Both the position numbers and the translations under genes were made by a program. DNA of 24,282 nucleotides from a virus. Taxonomy: Duplodnaviria; Caudoviricetes. Shown here in pieces: positions 16,345-23,960 of this stretch; the stretch's first letter is position 1, and every line of letters starts with the position of its first letter. The stretch covers positions 1 through 24,282 of the IMG/VR virus record IMGVR_UViG_3300042347_000370. One strand, 5' to 3'. The notes beneath the pieces are model-generated. The model made no database searches, was not told the DNA's origin, and saw nothing but the letters and a program-made list of their open reading frames with translations.

Positions 16345-16667
16345 TAGCTCTGTCCTTTGTGAATGAATAAATCCGCTAGCGTGTACGACGTGCCCACCAT
16401 TGCAGGGGTAGGATATTCCGAGGCTTGTGACTGGACCATAGAGCAGAGGATAGAGAGCGCAACATGCTGCCTGATTGTCATCTCAAATAGAGGCTGTGCA
16501 CCGGGGTTAGGTTCGGGTTTCTTCCAAGACTTGGCTAGCTCTTCCGTTTTCTTTAACAGGTCATCGGCAATGCTTATTGCTTGATCGATGTTGCTCATGG
16601 CAGGGGGTGCTACCTCGGGGGTAGCGCCTAGCTCTGGGTGCTGTGTAAATAGTTTGTCTTTCTCCAT
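16344..16667 (-). CDS. Hypothetical phage protein
   Basis: SD AAAGGAG. The C-terminal MTIRQHVALSIL...SYTLADLFI resembles, from memory, the common phage 'MTLRDYFA...AY..AD.ML' small domain. Confidence 0.7.
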   Translation of the reverse strand: MEKDKLFTQHPELGATPEVAPPAMSNIDQAISIADDLLKKTEELAKSWKKPEPNPGAQPLFEMTIRQHVALSILCSMVQSQASEYPTPAMVGTSYTLADLFIHKGQS

Positions 16668-16669
16668 TG

Positions 16670-16969
16670 TTAGTACTCCTTTGTTTGTACGTTGTTAAGA
16701 TCTATTGTTATGGGTTCGTGTATCGGGTATCTCTCGACCACACCGTCGAGGGCAGTTAGTTCAACGTGCATTACGAACTTAATAGTACGCACACGTATGC
16801 AGTGTCGTGGTCTATACGTCGCAAGCCATGTGTTGATAGCCTTACGTGTGGATTGAGTAACCCATCCGCCAGTGTCGAACTTGATTTCATTTGTAAAGTT
16901 ATCGCATCGTACTACGGCAGTGTTGTATAGTACTGCCTTATGATTCTCTAGCTTAAGTCCGCGTTGCAT
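16670..16969 (-). CDS. Hypothetical early phage protein
   Basis: 99 aa with LYNTAVV...DTGGWVTQSTRKAIN. Preceded by AAAGGTAGG. Confidence 0.7.
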   Translation of the reverse strand: MQRGLKLENHKAVLYNTAVVRCDNFTNEIKFDTGGWVTQSTRKAINTWLATYRPRHCIRVRTIKFVMHVELTALDGVVERYPIHEPITIDLNNVQTKEY

Positions 16970-17007
16970 TTAAGTCCTACCTTTCTGCTTGTTGTTTAGT
17001 GTCTAAC

Positions 17008-17026
17008 TGTACAGTCACTGTACTGT
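17008..17026. repeat. Palindromic operator-like repeat, copy 1
   Basis: TGTACAGTCACTGTACTGT, identical to 18047-18065, with core GTACAGT-C-ACTGTAC. Confidence 0.7.
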
Positions 17027-17340
17027 CAACATTTATTTTTATAGTCTTGAAATTTTTTCTTATCGATTACTAATACATCAGTAGTTGTATTGAATGCCAT
17101 GAAGCTACGTGTTTTGTAGAAATCAAAATCGAATTTAAATCCAGTGGATTGCGGCGCTGTTATTACTACTGCCTTAACGTATGGGTGCAAGCCTTGAGCA
17201 CGAAGCATGGCATTGATAGTCTTTACTTCGTTAACCCCTTGGGTGCTTGAGTCGCGGTGCAAATGCAGGGTGATAGTCTCGGGAGTATCCTCTAGGGTTA
17301 GAAGTATCTTGTCTTTATATTTAACTGTTAGTTTGTTCAT
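17026..17340 (-). CDS. Hypothetical protein
   Basis: 104-aa ORF with SD TAGGA. Confidence 0.65.
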   Translation of the reverse strand: MNKLTVKYKDKILLTLEDTPETITLHLHRDSSTQGVNEVKTINAMLRAQGLHPYVKAVVITAPQSTGFKFDFDFYKTRSFMAFNTTTDVLVIDKKKFQDYKNKC

Positions 17341-17680
17341 GTTTTCCTATTAAGTTTGATGTCAAGTGTTACTTTATTTTTCTTATTTTTTCATTACACT
17401 TACCTGTTAAGAAATCTTTACCCGTAATGTTAGAGTTAGTGCTCTAATTAAATCTTAACCATTCCTTGATGACTCGTTGTTTAATTGCCTTTTATTACAG
17501 TTTCGATGTGTAATGTGGGGGATGTAGTGTAATGCAGGAATCGTGAGTCGTGTTGCGTAGTTACAATCCAGTATTACACATTACATTAAAACTATTCTCT
17601 ATAAAGTTTTAAAGTGTATACAGGAATATACATATAAACACATATATAGGAACTGCTGGAAAATCGATGTGTAATGTCAG
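17341..17680. repeat. AT-rich non-coding region with GTGTAATG iteron-like repeats in both orientations; candidate replication origin
   Basis: TCGATGTGTAATGT at 17503-17516 and 17664-17677, GTGTAATG at 17527-17534, CATTACAC at 17392-17399, ATTACACATTACA at 17573-17585. Confidence 0.55.
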
Positions 17681-17690
17681 GCTCACTGCA

Positions 17691-17933
17691 TTATCGAACC
17701 CCGAATCTCAATCGAATACACCACAACTTGCCGTCTATCGCCGCTAACACCCTGCCATCCTCGCACCTCGCCTCACGGCGCTCTCTAACCCTGCGGTCAA
17801 GGTCCGCGTGCCACTGGGCCACGATACGTGAGTCACGAACGCAATCAGCGTCACACTTGGTGTCCGCTTTCGCGGACCACGAACCAAGCGCATAGACAAT
17901 CAGGCTTGCATAGAACAAAAGAAATAGTTTCAT
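17691..17933 (-). CDS. Small exported protein
   Basis: Signal-peptide-like N-terminus ending SAKA|D, four Cys, TAATG-coupled to the upstream micro-ORF. Confidence 0.55.
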   Translation of the reverse strand: MKLFLLFYASLIVYALGSWSAKADTKCDADCVRDSRIVAQWHADLDRRVRERREARCEDGRVLAAIDGKLWCIRLRFGVR

Positions 17934-18034
17934 TAGTTACCAGCCCTTGCGTGAGCAATGGCAAGAGCCACGAACCCCGACGCGAACACGATAGTATACA
18001 TTGTAGCGAAGTCATTAACGAATGCAGATAACAT
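17933..18034 (-). CDS. 33-aa single-helix membrane microprotein (not in the ORF track)
   Basis: SD AGGAG then ATG at 18034: MLSAFVNDFATMYTIVFASGFVALAIAHARAGN. Its stop overlaps the next ATG (TAATG). Confidence 0.6.
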   Translation of the reverse strand: MLSAFVNDFATMYTIVFASGFVALAIAHARAGN

Positions 18035-18046
18035 ATAAGCTCCTAG

Positions 18047-18065
18047 TGTACAGTCACTGTACTGT
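18047..18065. repeat. Palindromic operator-like repeat, copy 2
   Basis: Identical 19-mer to 17008-17026, nested in the longer inverted repeat TAGTGTACA (18044-18052)/TGTACACTA (18069-18077). Confidence 0.7.
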
Positions 18066-18083
18066 TGTTGTACACTACCCTAT

Positions 18084-18100
18084 AGCGATATTCATGCCAG
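18084..18100 (-). promoter_or_regulatory. Candidate sigma54 (-24/-12) promoter for the leftward arm
   Basis: The - strand reads CTGGCATGAATATCGCT, with exact GG-N10-GC spacing versus consensus YTGGCACGNNNNTTGCW. Confidence 0.45.
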
Positions 18101-18483
18101 CTGTAAAGGAATATAACGGTAGCTTGCGCCGCGAATCGTGAAGCAATTACATTCAGCCATGTAATCCCTACAACCCAAGGCTCAGGCATAGAGCCTAGTA
18201 GGTACACGTCACACGCGCCCGCGCACATGTACGCCCGACGCGCGCCTCACGCGCCAGCGCGCGACCCCCCACCCCCAACACACAGACCCACCCCCTCCGC
18301 GTTATATAAGGTTTTTAGAAACGGCCCTAAATTTCTATAAGAAAATGACGCACGACCCCAGGTTCACACCCGTAAAGCACCCCTCTACCCTCGCTCAATG
18401 CCCCATAGAACGCACCACAAGGCCCGTGGCTCAACAAAGGTCCCACCCCCTGCCATAGTACCCCTCATTTCGAGCACGAAGCG

Positions 18484-18513
18484 TTGACAACCCCCTGCAT
18501 TTTCCCCCACACT
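18484..18513 (+). promoter_or_regulatory. Candidate promoter for the packaging genes
   Basis: TTGACA (18484-18489), 18-nt spacer, CACACT (18508-18513); ATG follows at 18520. Confidence 0.4.
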
Positions 18514-18519
18514 GCCATC

Positions 18520-19194
18520 ATGCCCCAAAATTTATTGCTCCCTGAGGAGAGTTTTGATCAGTTGATACGCAACAAAACACACAAGACACGCGTCGAAGGT
18601 GCTTTATTGCATATTTACAACGTCAAAACAGGGCTTACCGAATACATCCTTAAGAAAAACCCAACCCCTGGGAGGATCAGCGGGCTCGTTCCGCGTGAGG
18701 TCGAGGGCAGAATGGTTATGATTGAGGAAGATATAGAGGTTGCGATTACGGGATGCTCGAGATCGCCTGCATACTCCGACCTTTTGGTTGATCAGATATG
18801 CGAACTCTTGGTGGAAGGCCACTCGTTGAAGAAAATTTGCTCTATGCCCCAGATGCCATCGTACTCCACGCTTATGTCGTGGCGTAGGAGCATGCCGTGG
18901 ATACAGGAGAGAATGGATGAGGCACGAGAGGACCGAGGAGAGTACCTTCGCGATATGGCGATGGAGGCACTTGAGAATGCGAACGTAAACGAGGACAATA
19001 TCGCTGTACAGGTGGCCAAACATAAAGCCCTGGTGTGGGCAGCTGGAGTAGACAACGGTCGGTTCTCTCCTAAGGCTAAGTTTGAGGCGACAATAAATCA
19101 GCCAACGCAGATTATTGTTAACACTGGTATAGGGCAGGCACGGGTAGATACCCCTGCACCCGAACAAGTACCCCCTGCAGTGGGTGAAGAATGA
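18520..19194 (+). CDS. terS: Terminase small subunit (Sf6 gp1-like) with N-terminal extension
   Basis: YSDLLVDQICELLVEGHSLKKIC...MPSYSTLMSW HTH and ATGA overlap with TerL. ATG 18520 is preferred over TTG 18484. Confidence 0.85.
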   Translation: MPQNLLLPEESFDQLIRNKTHKTRVEGALLHIYNVKTGLTEYILKKNPTPGRISGLVPREVEGRMVMIEEDIEVAITGCSRSPAYSDLLVDQICELLVEGHSLKKICSMPQMPSYSTLMSWRRSMPWIQERMDEAREDRGEYLRDMAMEALENANVNEDNIAVQVAKHKALVWAAGVDNGRFSPKAKFEATINQPTQIIVNTGIGQARVDTPAPEQVPPAVGEE

Positions 19195-20489
19195 GTGTAC
19201 TCCACGTGGATACTGGCTACAGACCCCGTGCACAACAGGATACAGTGCATGCATCGCCGAGGCGCTTTCGAGTCATCATCGGTCATCGTAGGATGGGCAA
19301 AACCCACCTGGTGTTGAACGAAGTGATAGACAAAGCCTTGAGGAATACGCTCAAGAATCCACAGTATGGGTACATTGCGCCTACGTACGGGCAGGCTAAG
19401 AGGATTGCATGGGACCTGCTGAAAGACTATGTGAAGAACATCCCTGGAGTGGAGGTCAACGAATCGGAGCTGAGGGTGGACATCCCCAGACCCGCGATGC
19501 GCGACCGGATACGCATAATGCTCCTGGGTGCAGAGAATCCTTCCTCGATCCTTGGGATGTACCTGGATGGGGTAGTGTTCGACGAGTATGGGGACATGAA
19601 TCCTATCATCTGGACCCAAGTTATACGCCCCCTGCTGTCGGATAGACTGGGGTGGGGACTCTTTATCGGAACTCCTAAGGGACAGAATCACTTCTACGAG
19701 CTATACCAGTTTGCTAAGACTGATGAGCAGTGGGAAGCGTTCATGTTTAAAGCATCGGAGACAGGACTAATACCAGTAGCAGAGCTTGAGCAGAATAAAG
19801 CGATCATGTCTGAGTCGGAATACGCGCAGGAGTTTGAGTGTAGCTTCGCTGCAGCTCTAGTCGGTGCGTACTTTGGTAAGGAGATGGAGTGGCTGGAGCA
19901 GAACGGCAGGCTTAGTGCAGTGCCAATGGACCCAAGCCTCCCGGTGTGGACATCGTGGGATTTGGGTATTGATGACACCACTGCCATCTGGTTCATACAA
20001 CAGTATGGGCGAGAGATAAGAGTGATAGATTACTTAGAGAACTCAGGATCTGGGCTTGACTGGTACGTCAAAGCGTTAAGAGATAAAGATTACAACTACG
20101 AAGGGCACTTCCTGCCTCACGACGTAAAGGTTCGCGAGCTATCAGATGGCAAGTCTCGTTTAGAGAAGCTACAGAAGCTGGGGCTTAAGAACATCCGCGT
20201 TGTACCACGGCTCTCGGTAGCTGATGGTATAGAAGCAGCGCGCACACTTCTTAAGAAGTGCTGGTTTGACTTATCAAACTGCGATAGAGGGGTTAAGTCT
20301 TTGCGAAATTACGAACGTAAGTACGATACTAAGAATAAAATATTTCAACAGACTCCGTTGCACAACTGGGCTTCGCACGGAGCCGACTCATTCAGGACTT
20401 TGGCCGTAGGCTTTCGAGAAGATATGCCTGGGGTTCTGGACAAAAAGCGCCTTCAGCGCCAGAGTGATAACGACTACTCGGTAGTCTAG
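19191..20489 (+). CDS. terL: Terminase large subunit
   Basis: Walker A HRRMGKT, YIAPTYGQAK, Walker B VVFDE, IGTPKG and nuclease motifs WDLGIDD and HGADSFR. Confidence 0.96.
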   Translation: MSVLHVDTGYRPRAQQDTVHASPRRFRVIIGHRRMGKTHLVLNEVIDKALRNTLKNPQYGYIAPTYGQAKRIAWDLLKDYVKNIPGVEVNESELRVDIPRPAMRDRIRIMLLGAENPSSILGMYLDGVVFDEYGDMNPIIWTQVIRPLLSDRLGWGLFIGTPKGQNHFYELYQFAKTDEQWEAFMFKASETGLIPVAELEQNKAIMSESEYAQEFECSFAAALVGAYFGKEMEWLEQNGRLSAVPMDPSLPVWTSWDLGIDDTTAIWFIQQYGREIRVIDYLENSGSGLDWYVKALRDKDYNYEGHFLPHDVKVRELSDGKSRLEKLQKLGLKNIRVVPRLSVADGIEAARTLLKKCWFDLSNCDRGVKSLRNYERKYDTKNKIFQQTPLHNWASHGADSFRTLAVGFREDMPGVLDKKRLQRQSDNDYSVV

Positions 20490-20497
20490 GGGAAGAC

Positions 20498-21019
20498 ATG
20501 GGAAAAAGTAAATCAAACACTGGCATAGGCGTGATCGATCAGTCAGTCGATGCAGTGGTTAATGAGGGGACCAATAGAGTAGGTGAGGGCATACGCTCAG
20601 TAGATTCTGCTATTAAGAAGGGTGTAGACCCACTTAAGAATTTAGAGGGCGCAGGGCAGAGATTACTTCAGGGCATCGGTGAGATGTCTCGCGGTAACTT
20701 CAACAATGCCGGGAACACACTACTAGAACTTGGTGTAAATGGACTAACCTTCGGTGGAGCCGGAGCTTTAGGATATAAAGCAGGGGAGACAGCAACAGAA
20801 CGCCGAACGCGTGAGACTGTTGAGAAGGTAGCAGGGGAAGATGCAGCTAAGGCTGCAGCTGATGCACAAGCAGCTGCAGATAAAAAACAAAATGACATAA
20901 ACACCATCGTCAGTGAGATGGTTAACAGTAGAAAACGTCAGCCTGGTAGAGCAGCTACGATTCTAACAACCGTTGGAGCAGGTAGTGAATACGGTCCACT
21001 ACTTACTGGGAGACAATAA
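20498..21019 (+). CDS. Hypothetical virion-module protein preceding the portal
   Basis: Gly/Ala-rich, C-terminal GRAATILT, TAATG-coupled to the portal gene. Confidence 0.7.
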   Translation: MGKSKSNTGIGVIDQSVDAVVNEGTNRVGEGIRSVDSAIKKGVDPLKNLEGAGQRLLQGIGEMSRGNFNNAGNTLLELGVNGLTFGGAGALGYKAGETATERRTRETVEKVAGEDAAKAAADAQAAADKKQNDINTIVSEMVNSRKRQPGRAATILTTVGAGSEYGPLLTGRQ

Positions 21020-22602
21020 TGAAAAAACTTAAAGTAGCGGACGTAAAAAAGATATACGGAAAGCTAAAAGGCGAGCGCGGCACATGGGAAAATCACTGGC
21101 AAGAGGTTGCTGACCATATCCTGCCTAGAAAAAACACCATAAACACCACAAGAACCCCTGGTGAAAAGCGAACATGGCAGCTTTTAGATAACGTTGGGGT
21201 GCAGTCTAACGAATTACTCTCTGGATTCTTGCATGGCACACTATCAAACGCCGATGCTATGTGGTTTGAGATGACTACTGGTGATTTAGTCCTCGACTCA
21301 CAGGACGATGTACGTCAGTACTTGCAAGATGTAGCCAGACGCATACACCACACACTCAATAACTCCAACTTCCAGACAGAAGTGCATGAACTGTACACTG
21401 ACCTAGGAGCATTCGGTACAGCTTGTCAGCTGATTGAAGAAGATGACAGTGACGTGGTTAAGTTTTCTACAAAATTTATTAAAGATTATTTTATTAAGGA
21501 GAACCGAGCAGGGTTCGTTGACTTTCTAATTCACGAAGCTAACTGGAAGTCTGATGACTTAATCGAAGAGTTCACAGATAAAGGTATGCACAAAGACGTG
21601 ATGGATGATTACAACAAAGGTAAGAACGGTGACTTTAAAGTAGTCAACTGCGTTTACTCTTGCGAAGGTAAGTACTACTCAATGTACATCCTGTGGGATA
21701 AAGACAAATTACTTAGAGAAGATAAGTACAATGAGTTCCCATACACTGTACCACGATGGAGTAAGGCATCAGGCGAGAGCTACGGTAGATCCCCTGGTAT
21801 GAACGCACTTCCAGAAATGAAGGTGCTTAATAAAATGAATGAGACAATGTTAATCGGAGCACAGAAGAAGGTGGACCCACCTGTTCAGATGCCTGATGAC
21901 GGATTTGTCATGCCGTTTGTCACACGACCCGGTGGAATTAACTACTATCGCAGTGGCACAAACGATTTTGCGCGTCCAATCTTTAATGATACGAACTTAG
22001 ACTTCGGATACCAGGCTATGGAAGATCGTCGTCAACGTGTTCGCGACGCTTTCTACGTAGATCAACTTAAGCTGCGTCAAGCAGGGCCTATGATGACAGC
22101 AACAGAAGTACTTCAGCGTACTGAAGAAGCTATGCGCCTAATGGGACCTTTGTTAGGTCGTATGCAGTCTGAGTATTTACGCCCAATGATCGACCGCGTG
22201 TACAACATTATGGTGAGAAAGGGTAAAATACCTGCAGCTCCATTGGCACTTAAAGGTGTACGCCTAGATGTGCGCTACTCAAGTCTTATTGCACGCTCTC
22301 AGCGGCTATCAGAAGCTCAGAACATCATGCGCACTGTAGAAGCGATTGCTCCGTTCATACAGCTTGATAACCAAGTAGCTGATATATTCAATGGCGAAGC
22401 CGCAGCTCGAATCATCTCTGGTATTTACGGATTCCCACAACTTGCAATCAGATCAGCTGCAGATATTCAGAAGATCAGAGCGCAGCGTGCGGAAATGATC
22501 AGACAACAGCAAGAGATGATGAGGAAACAACAAGATATAGCTAACGCCAATAGCATGGCGGACACAGCTAAGAAAGTGAGTGGATCAAGTGGCCAAGAGT
22601 AG
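21019..22602 (+). CDS. Portal (head-tail connector), BPP-1/T7-like family
   Basis: WENHWQEVADHILP, SNFQTEVHELYTDLGAFGTA, PRW...GESYGRSPGM.ALP, MTATEV and LGRMQSEYL.PMI motifs; 527 aa. Confidence 0.93.
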   Translation: MKKLKVADVKKIYGKLKGERGTWENHWQEVADHILPRKNTINTTRTPGEKRTWQLLDNVGVQSNELLSGFLHGTLSNADAMWFEMTTGDLVLDSQDDVRQYLQDVARRIHHTLNNSNFQTEVHELYTDLGAFGTACQLIEEDDSDVVKFSTKFIKDYFIKENRAGFVDFLIHEANWKSDDLIEEFTDKGMHKDVMDDYNKGKNGDFKVVNCVYSCEGKYYSMYILWDKDKLLREDKYNEFPYTVPRWSKASGESYGRSPGMNALPEMKVLNKMNETMLIGAQKKVDPPVQMPDDGFVMPFVTRPGGINYYRSGTNDFARPIFNDTNLDFGYQAMEDRRQRVRDAFYVDQLKLRQAGPMMTATEVLQRTEEAMRLMGPLLGRMQSEYLRPMIDRVYNIMVRKGKIPAAPLALKGVRLDVRYSSLIARSQRLSEAQNIMRTVEAIAPFIQLDNQVADIFNGEAAARIISGIYGFPQLAIRSAADIQKIRAQRAEMIRQQQEMMRKQQDIANANSMADTAKKVSGSSGQE

Positions 22603-22882
22603 AGAGAAGAAAATCCAAGATCGTAGGTTATCTATGACCCAGGACTACAAAAACCTGTTCAACACAGTGACAGGCAAACGAGTCCTGAACGACATGATGG
22701 CAACTCATCATATTATGAGTTCGACCTTTGGACAGGATGCAAATGTAAACGTCGCTCTTATACGTGAGGGCGAGCGCAATGTAATTTTAAGAATACTGTC
22801 TTTGTTAAAACTAGACATAAACCAAGTAAGGGAAAGGATTGAGTATGATGAGAACATTCGGGACAATGAGACTATTGTTTAA
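22580..22882 (+). CDS. Small head-module protein (BPP-1 Bbp19-like)
   Basis: YKNLF...GKRVLNDM...REGERNVILRI; located between portal and scaffold. Confidence 0.7.
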   Translation: MDQVAKSREKKIQDRRLSMTQDYKNLFNTVTGKRVLNDMMATHHIMSSTFGQDANVNVALIREGERNVILRILSLLKLDINQVRERIEYDENIRDNETIV

Positions 22883-23807
22883 TAAAGCTGGAGGAGAAGG
22901 CGATGGCGGAGCGGGCGGAGGAACAAGTTTGCTTAATACAGGTGGAGGCGCAGGTGCTGGTACTGTACCCCCAGCTAAAGGTGCTGAGGGCGACAAAGGT
23001 GGCGGAGACAAGCCCCCTGGAAATGCTGGTGCTGCTGGAGGCGGAGCCGCTCCCACTTGGCTTAGTACGCTCCCTCAAGAGTTACAGGAAGATGCTACGC
23101 TCAAAAAGTTCACTGACGTTTCTACCCTTGCAAAATCTTACATAAATGCACAGAAGCTTTTGGGTGCGGATAAAATCCCCGTGCCATCACAGCACGCAAC
23201 GGACGAAGACTGGCAGAATGTATTTAAGAAGCTAGGCTTGCCAGAGGCTGATAAGTACGAAGTAAAGTTTGGCGACCAAGCTACTCTTGATGAAAACTTT
23301 GTTAAAGAATTTAAAGCTCTTGCGCACAAGTCAGGCATCTTGCCTAAGCAAGCTCAAGCACTAGCGGACTGGTTTACTGAATCAAACGGTAAGGCAGAGA
23401 GCCAAATTGTAGAAGCTAGAAACAAACAAGTTACCAAAGAGATCAACGATCTTAAGAACGAATGGGGTAACGCGTTCGCGACCAAACTGCAGTATGCCAA
23501 CAATGCATTGGCAAAGTACGCAGACACTGCCACACTGGAGTACTTAGGTAAAACCGGAATGGCAAATGACGTACGTTTAGTCAAACTATTATCTGCAATG
23601 GGCGAGGAATTATTTAAAGAAGGCAAAGTTCCAAATGCAGGCCAAGGTATGGGCGGAGCATTAACCCCAGCTCAAGCTAAAAAAGCTGCTCAGGATATCA
23701 TCGGGAATAAAGATCACCCGTATCACCTTAAAAATCACCCAGGACATAAGACCGCAGTCCAGGAAGTTCAGGAATTATTCCAACAATCGGTTCAAAAAAG
23801 TTCTTGA
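22839..23807 (+). CDS. Capsid scaffolding/assembly protein
   Basis: Gly-rich flexible N-terminus, LAKSYINAQKLLG, KLGLPE, LKNEWG and C-terminal HPGH; directly upstream of the capsid gene. Confidence 0.8.
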   Translation: MSMMRTFGTMRLLFNKAGGEGDGGAGGGTSLLNTGGGAGAGTVPPAKGAEGDKGGGDKPPGNAGAAGGGAAPTWLSTLPQELQEDATLKKFTDVSTLAKSYINAQKLLGADKIPVPSQHATDEDWQNVFKKLGLPEADKYEVKFGDQATLDENFVKEFKALAHKSGILPKQAQALADWFTESNGKAESQIVEARNKQVTKEINDLKNEWGNAFATKLQYANNALAKYADTATLEYLGKTGMANDVRLVKLLSAMGEELFKEGKVPNAGQGMGGALTPAQAKKAAQDIIGNKDHPYHLKNHPGHKTAVQEVQELFQQSVQKSS

Positions 23808-23831
23808 TTTTAAGAAACGATATGAGAACAT

Positions 23832-23867
23832 AGGGCCAAGGATAACCAATCTTGGCCCTTTCATGTT
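23832..23867 (+). terminator. Hairpin in the scaffold-capsid gap (weak terminator or leader structure)
   Basis: Perfect 9-bp stem AGGGCCAAG/CTTGGCCCT followed by TTCATGTT. Confidence 0.45.
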
Positions 23868-23960
23868 TAGTACGACTATGAGTACTACCCCCGGACCCCT
23901 GTTTAAGGGACAATCCAAAAATTGTTCCTAGAAATCTAAACAAATAAACAGGAGGACATA

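Noticed and set aside
849-16584. Many + strand ORFs of 60-153 aa within the leftward arm
   Set aside because: They are antisense shadows of motif-bearing or tightly coupled - strand genes, often with TTG or GTG starts and no recognisable motifs.
17360-17365. Minus-strand TTGACA as promoter for the 17340 gene
   Set aside because: The matching -10 position would fall on the start codon and has no consensus.
17341-18077. CRISPR array or tRNA in the non-coding regions
   Set aside because: The repeats are short, irregularly spaced and in mixed orientation. No cloverleaf or T-loop motif was seen.
18043-18228. 61-aa - strand ORF in the strand-switch region
   Set aside because: It has no SD and runs over the palindrome and promoter-like motifs, so the region reads better as regulatory DNA.
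22884-23050. GGN-rich tandem-looking repeats
   Set aside because: They are explained by the Gly/Ala-rich N-terminus of the scaffold protein.
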